From: Psilocybe cubensis
Lineage: Eukaryota
Direction of reading: 5' to 3'
Assembly (NCBI GenBank): GCA_017499595.2
Contig: CM039003.1
Coordinates: forward strand, 2,852,001 to 2,916,000
Length of the DNA: 64,000 nucleotides
The position numbers were made by a program, and so were the translations under genes. Position 1 is the stretch's first letter; every line of letters begins with the position of its first letter. The notes below the pieces were generated by a model that saw only the letters and a program-made list of their open reading frames with translations, searched no databases and had not been told where the DNA came from. This document shows positions 62,168-64,000 of this stretch, one piece after another.

Positions 62168-64000
62168 ATGTTGCCAGAGTCGCACCCACTCCGCGTAGGT
62201 CTTAATTGGATTGCCATTTATGGTACTAATATCAAGTTTCTGTAGAGGATGGTGGATTTCCTCCGACGATATGAGGACTTCACCTTTTTGAATTACGATG
62301 TTTCATCATCGAGCATGCGAGCGGCCATCAAGTATAGGCAAAGCTTGGCTGCCCTTCAGAACAGCATCGTAGAGACACCCTGCGTAACCTCGGCTACATG
62401 GGAGCAGGCGGGTAGCTTATTTGCAGCATACCGTCTACTCAATCTCGTAGCGTTGTGGCCAGCAGCCTTTGGACCATCGTTGCCGGTGACCGTGCCCCTG
62501 AATGAAATACAGGCCAGCACAGGAACTAAGGAAATATTTTCACGGTTCAAGGTATGCGATCATGAAGTCACTCAATGTTAATTCTTAATTTTCAAACAAT
62601 TATTGTAGCTTGTAGATGACTTGAAGGACTGGCCGGCAATGCTCTGCTCTGCCAGGAAGCGCATCCTCAGAGCCGACTCTAAGTCGCACAGAAACATCAA
62701 CACCCCTTCTATCAGTGACACGCCGTCATCCGCTTTCACCCAGGGCGGGCCCTCGGAATCAACGCTATTACTCTGTCTGGCGCGTAACCACTTCAAGGGT
62801 GTTGTGGGGAAAATAATCGGGAATGTGTACTGCGCCTCGCTACACTACCAAATCTTGTCAGGAATGCGCGGTATGAAGGACGATGAACACGTTCTACCAG
62901 ACATTCCAACGGACACGGCTACTCTTGCAAATCTCTAGTAAGTTTTCTTTCCTCTATTCATTGATACAATCTGCTCAACATACCCTAGTGCAAGCGGCCA
63001 TCCTGATGCTGCGTTGTTCCTCTCAGAGGTCACGCCATCTCATTTAAAAATTCCTCTGCATGTCGCCCTTTTCATATCCCCCATCCTTCTTTTTGTGAAT
63101 AAATCTTGGTATTCTAAGAAATGTGACCGGGAGCAGCTGCTTAAAGTAGGTGTATCCACATCCTCCCAGTTTAACTTGGATTAACGCACTCCTTTAGGCC
63201 TCAAAAGCGCTCGGTAATTGTCGCCCCCGTGTTCTGCGTGAAGTGGAGATGGAAATTTGGAAAATCATTGCAGCGCAAAATTGCGACATCCAGTCAGCCT
63301 TATATAAACTTGTTATCTCAGACTGCTGGATGGAATGCGAGCGGGTAATTGCACAAGATCCCGCGTTTCACTTTTTCATATGTGTGTTCTACGTACTGTA
63401 ACAAAATAACAATTTAAACTAATAATTGGCCAGCGTCAACGAGCAGCGCCGAGGTTACAGCAAATTCTAACCTAGCAAGGCGCAGCACTGAACCACACGG
63501 TAAGTTATAAGCAAAGTCTGCGTCAATTACATGATTTAAATCCGTTTAAAACAGCTCAACTTCAGACCGTTTCCCATCATGGTGAAAAAACCACCTGTGA
63601 AGGGTCCGACGCAGACGCGGAGGGTGACGATGATCACGAAGTGGACACGACGGAAATGGTCAGCATGGGTCAACGGGAGAACGGGGACAATACGGTCCCT
63701 ACCTCAAATATACAGCCTCCGGAAGACACGTCTTCAGTGGCTGGCAAGGATGTCAGCATGGGTCAACAGGAGAACGGGGACAATATGGTCCCTACCTCAG
63801 ATATACAGCCTCCGGAAGACACATCTTCGGTGGCTGGCAAGGATGTGCCCACGGACGAGCAACCTGGTTTGCCGCGGAGTGATGATATTGGATCTGGTCT
63901 ACTTCAGACTGAGAATACTGGGCCCTCATCTGCAGGGGATTGTGAGATGAACGTCGATCCGGAGCAAGCTGATGTCGACCATCAAATGGAGGATGGTCCA
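62168..64000 (+). CDS. Large multi-exon hypothetical protein, element-borne, 3' end outside the window
   Basis: Open exons separated by ~50-60-nt GT-AG introns (MVDFLRRYEDF..., LVDDLKDWPAMLC..., LKIPLHVALFISPILL..., acidic D/E region). Start uncertain. Confidence 0.6.
63659..63846 (+). repeat. 93-bp tandem duplication within an acidic coding region
   Basis: GTCAGCATGGGTCAAC...GCTGGCAAGGAT at 63659 and 63752; 31-aa unit VSMGQ(R/Q)ENGDN(T/M)VPTS(N/D)IQPPEDTSSVAGKD. Confidence 0.92.

Larger units (their letters stand above)
51920..64000. mobile_element. Large putative DNA transposon/cargo element; one end near 51920, continuing beyond the window
   Basis: Abrupt F-box truncation, a 1.2-kb subterminal repeat array, lineage-specific cargo genes (DUF6532-like, divergent Spt5) and a long palindrome. 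Transposase, second end and TSD are not in the window. Boundary uncertain by about 10 bp. Confidence 0.65.

Noticed and set aside
63579-63950. 123-aa basic ORF
   Set aside because: Alternative frame of the acidic exon, which stays open to the window end.
51920-64000. Assigning the element to Starship, Helitron or CACTA
   Set aside because: No tyrosine recombinase captain, Rep/helicase, CACTA terminus or transposase is visible in the window.

Overview
Intron-rich fungal DNA, most likely from an agaricomycete (mushroom-forming basidiomycete): short GT-AG introns, micro-exons, agaric-type F-box and NLR genes. Bases 1-41.2 kb hold mostly ordinary genes: three paralogous ABCC/MRP-type ABC transporters, two intact intronless F-box-like genes plus a relic, a Cdc24-like CH/DH/PH-kinase fusion, a Hos3-type HDAC, a Pet8/Sam5-type mitochondrial carrier, a peroxisomal 4CL-like acyl-CoA ligase, RNR1 and a tandem pair of small paralogs. 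At 41.3-50.3 kb are two NLR-like genes: an NB-ARC/TPR protein with an amyloid-like N-terminus and a C-terminal membrane anchor, and a C2-NACHT-WD40 gene interrupted by a 592-bp TA-flanked MITE. At about 51.92 kb a third F-box gene breaks off and a >12-kb putative mobile element begins, running off the window. It has a ~37-bp-period subterminal array, a 21-bp palindromic tandem array, a 97+1+97-bp perfect palindrome between divergent gene units, and cargo genes. The most notable cargo is a divergent, compact Spt5 (NGN+KOW) elongation-factor paralog. No transposase is visible in the window. All gene models were read by eye and all family calls come from recalled motifs, not database searches.
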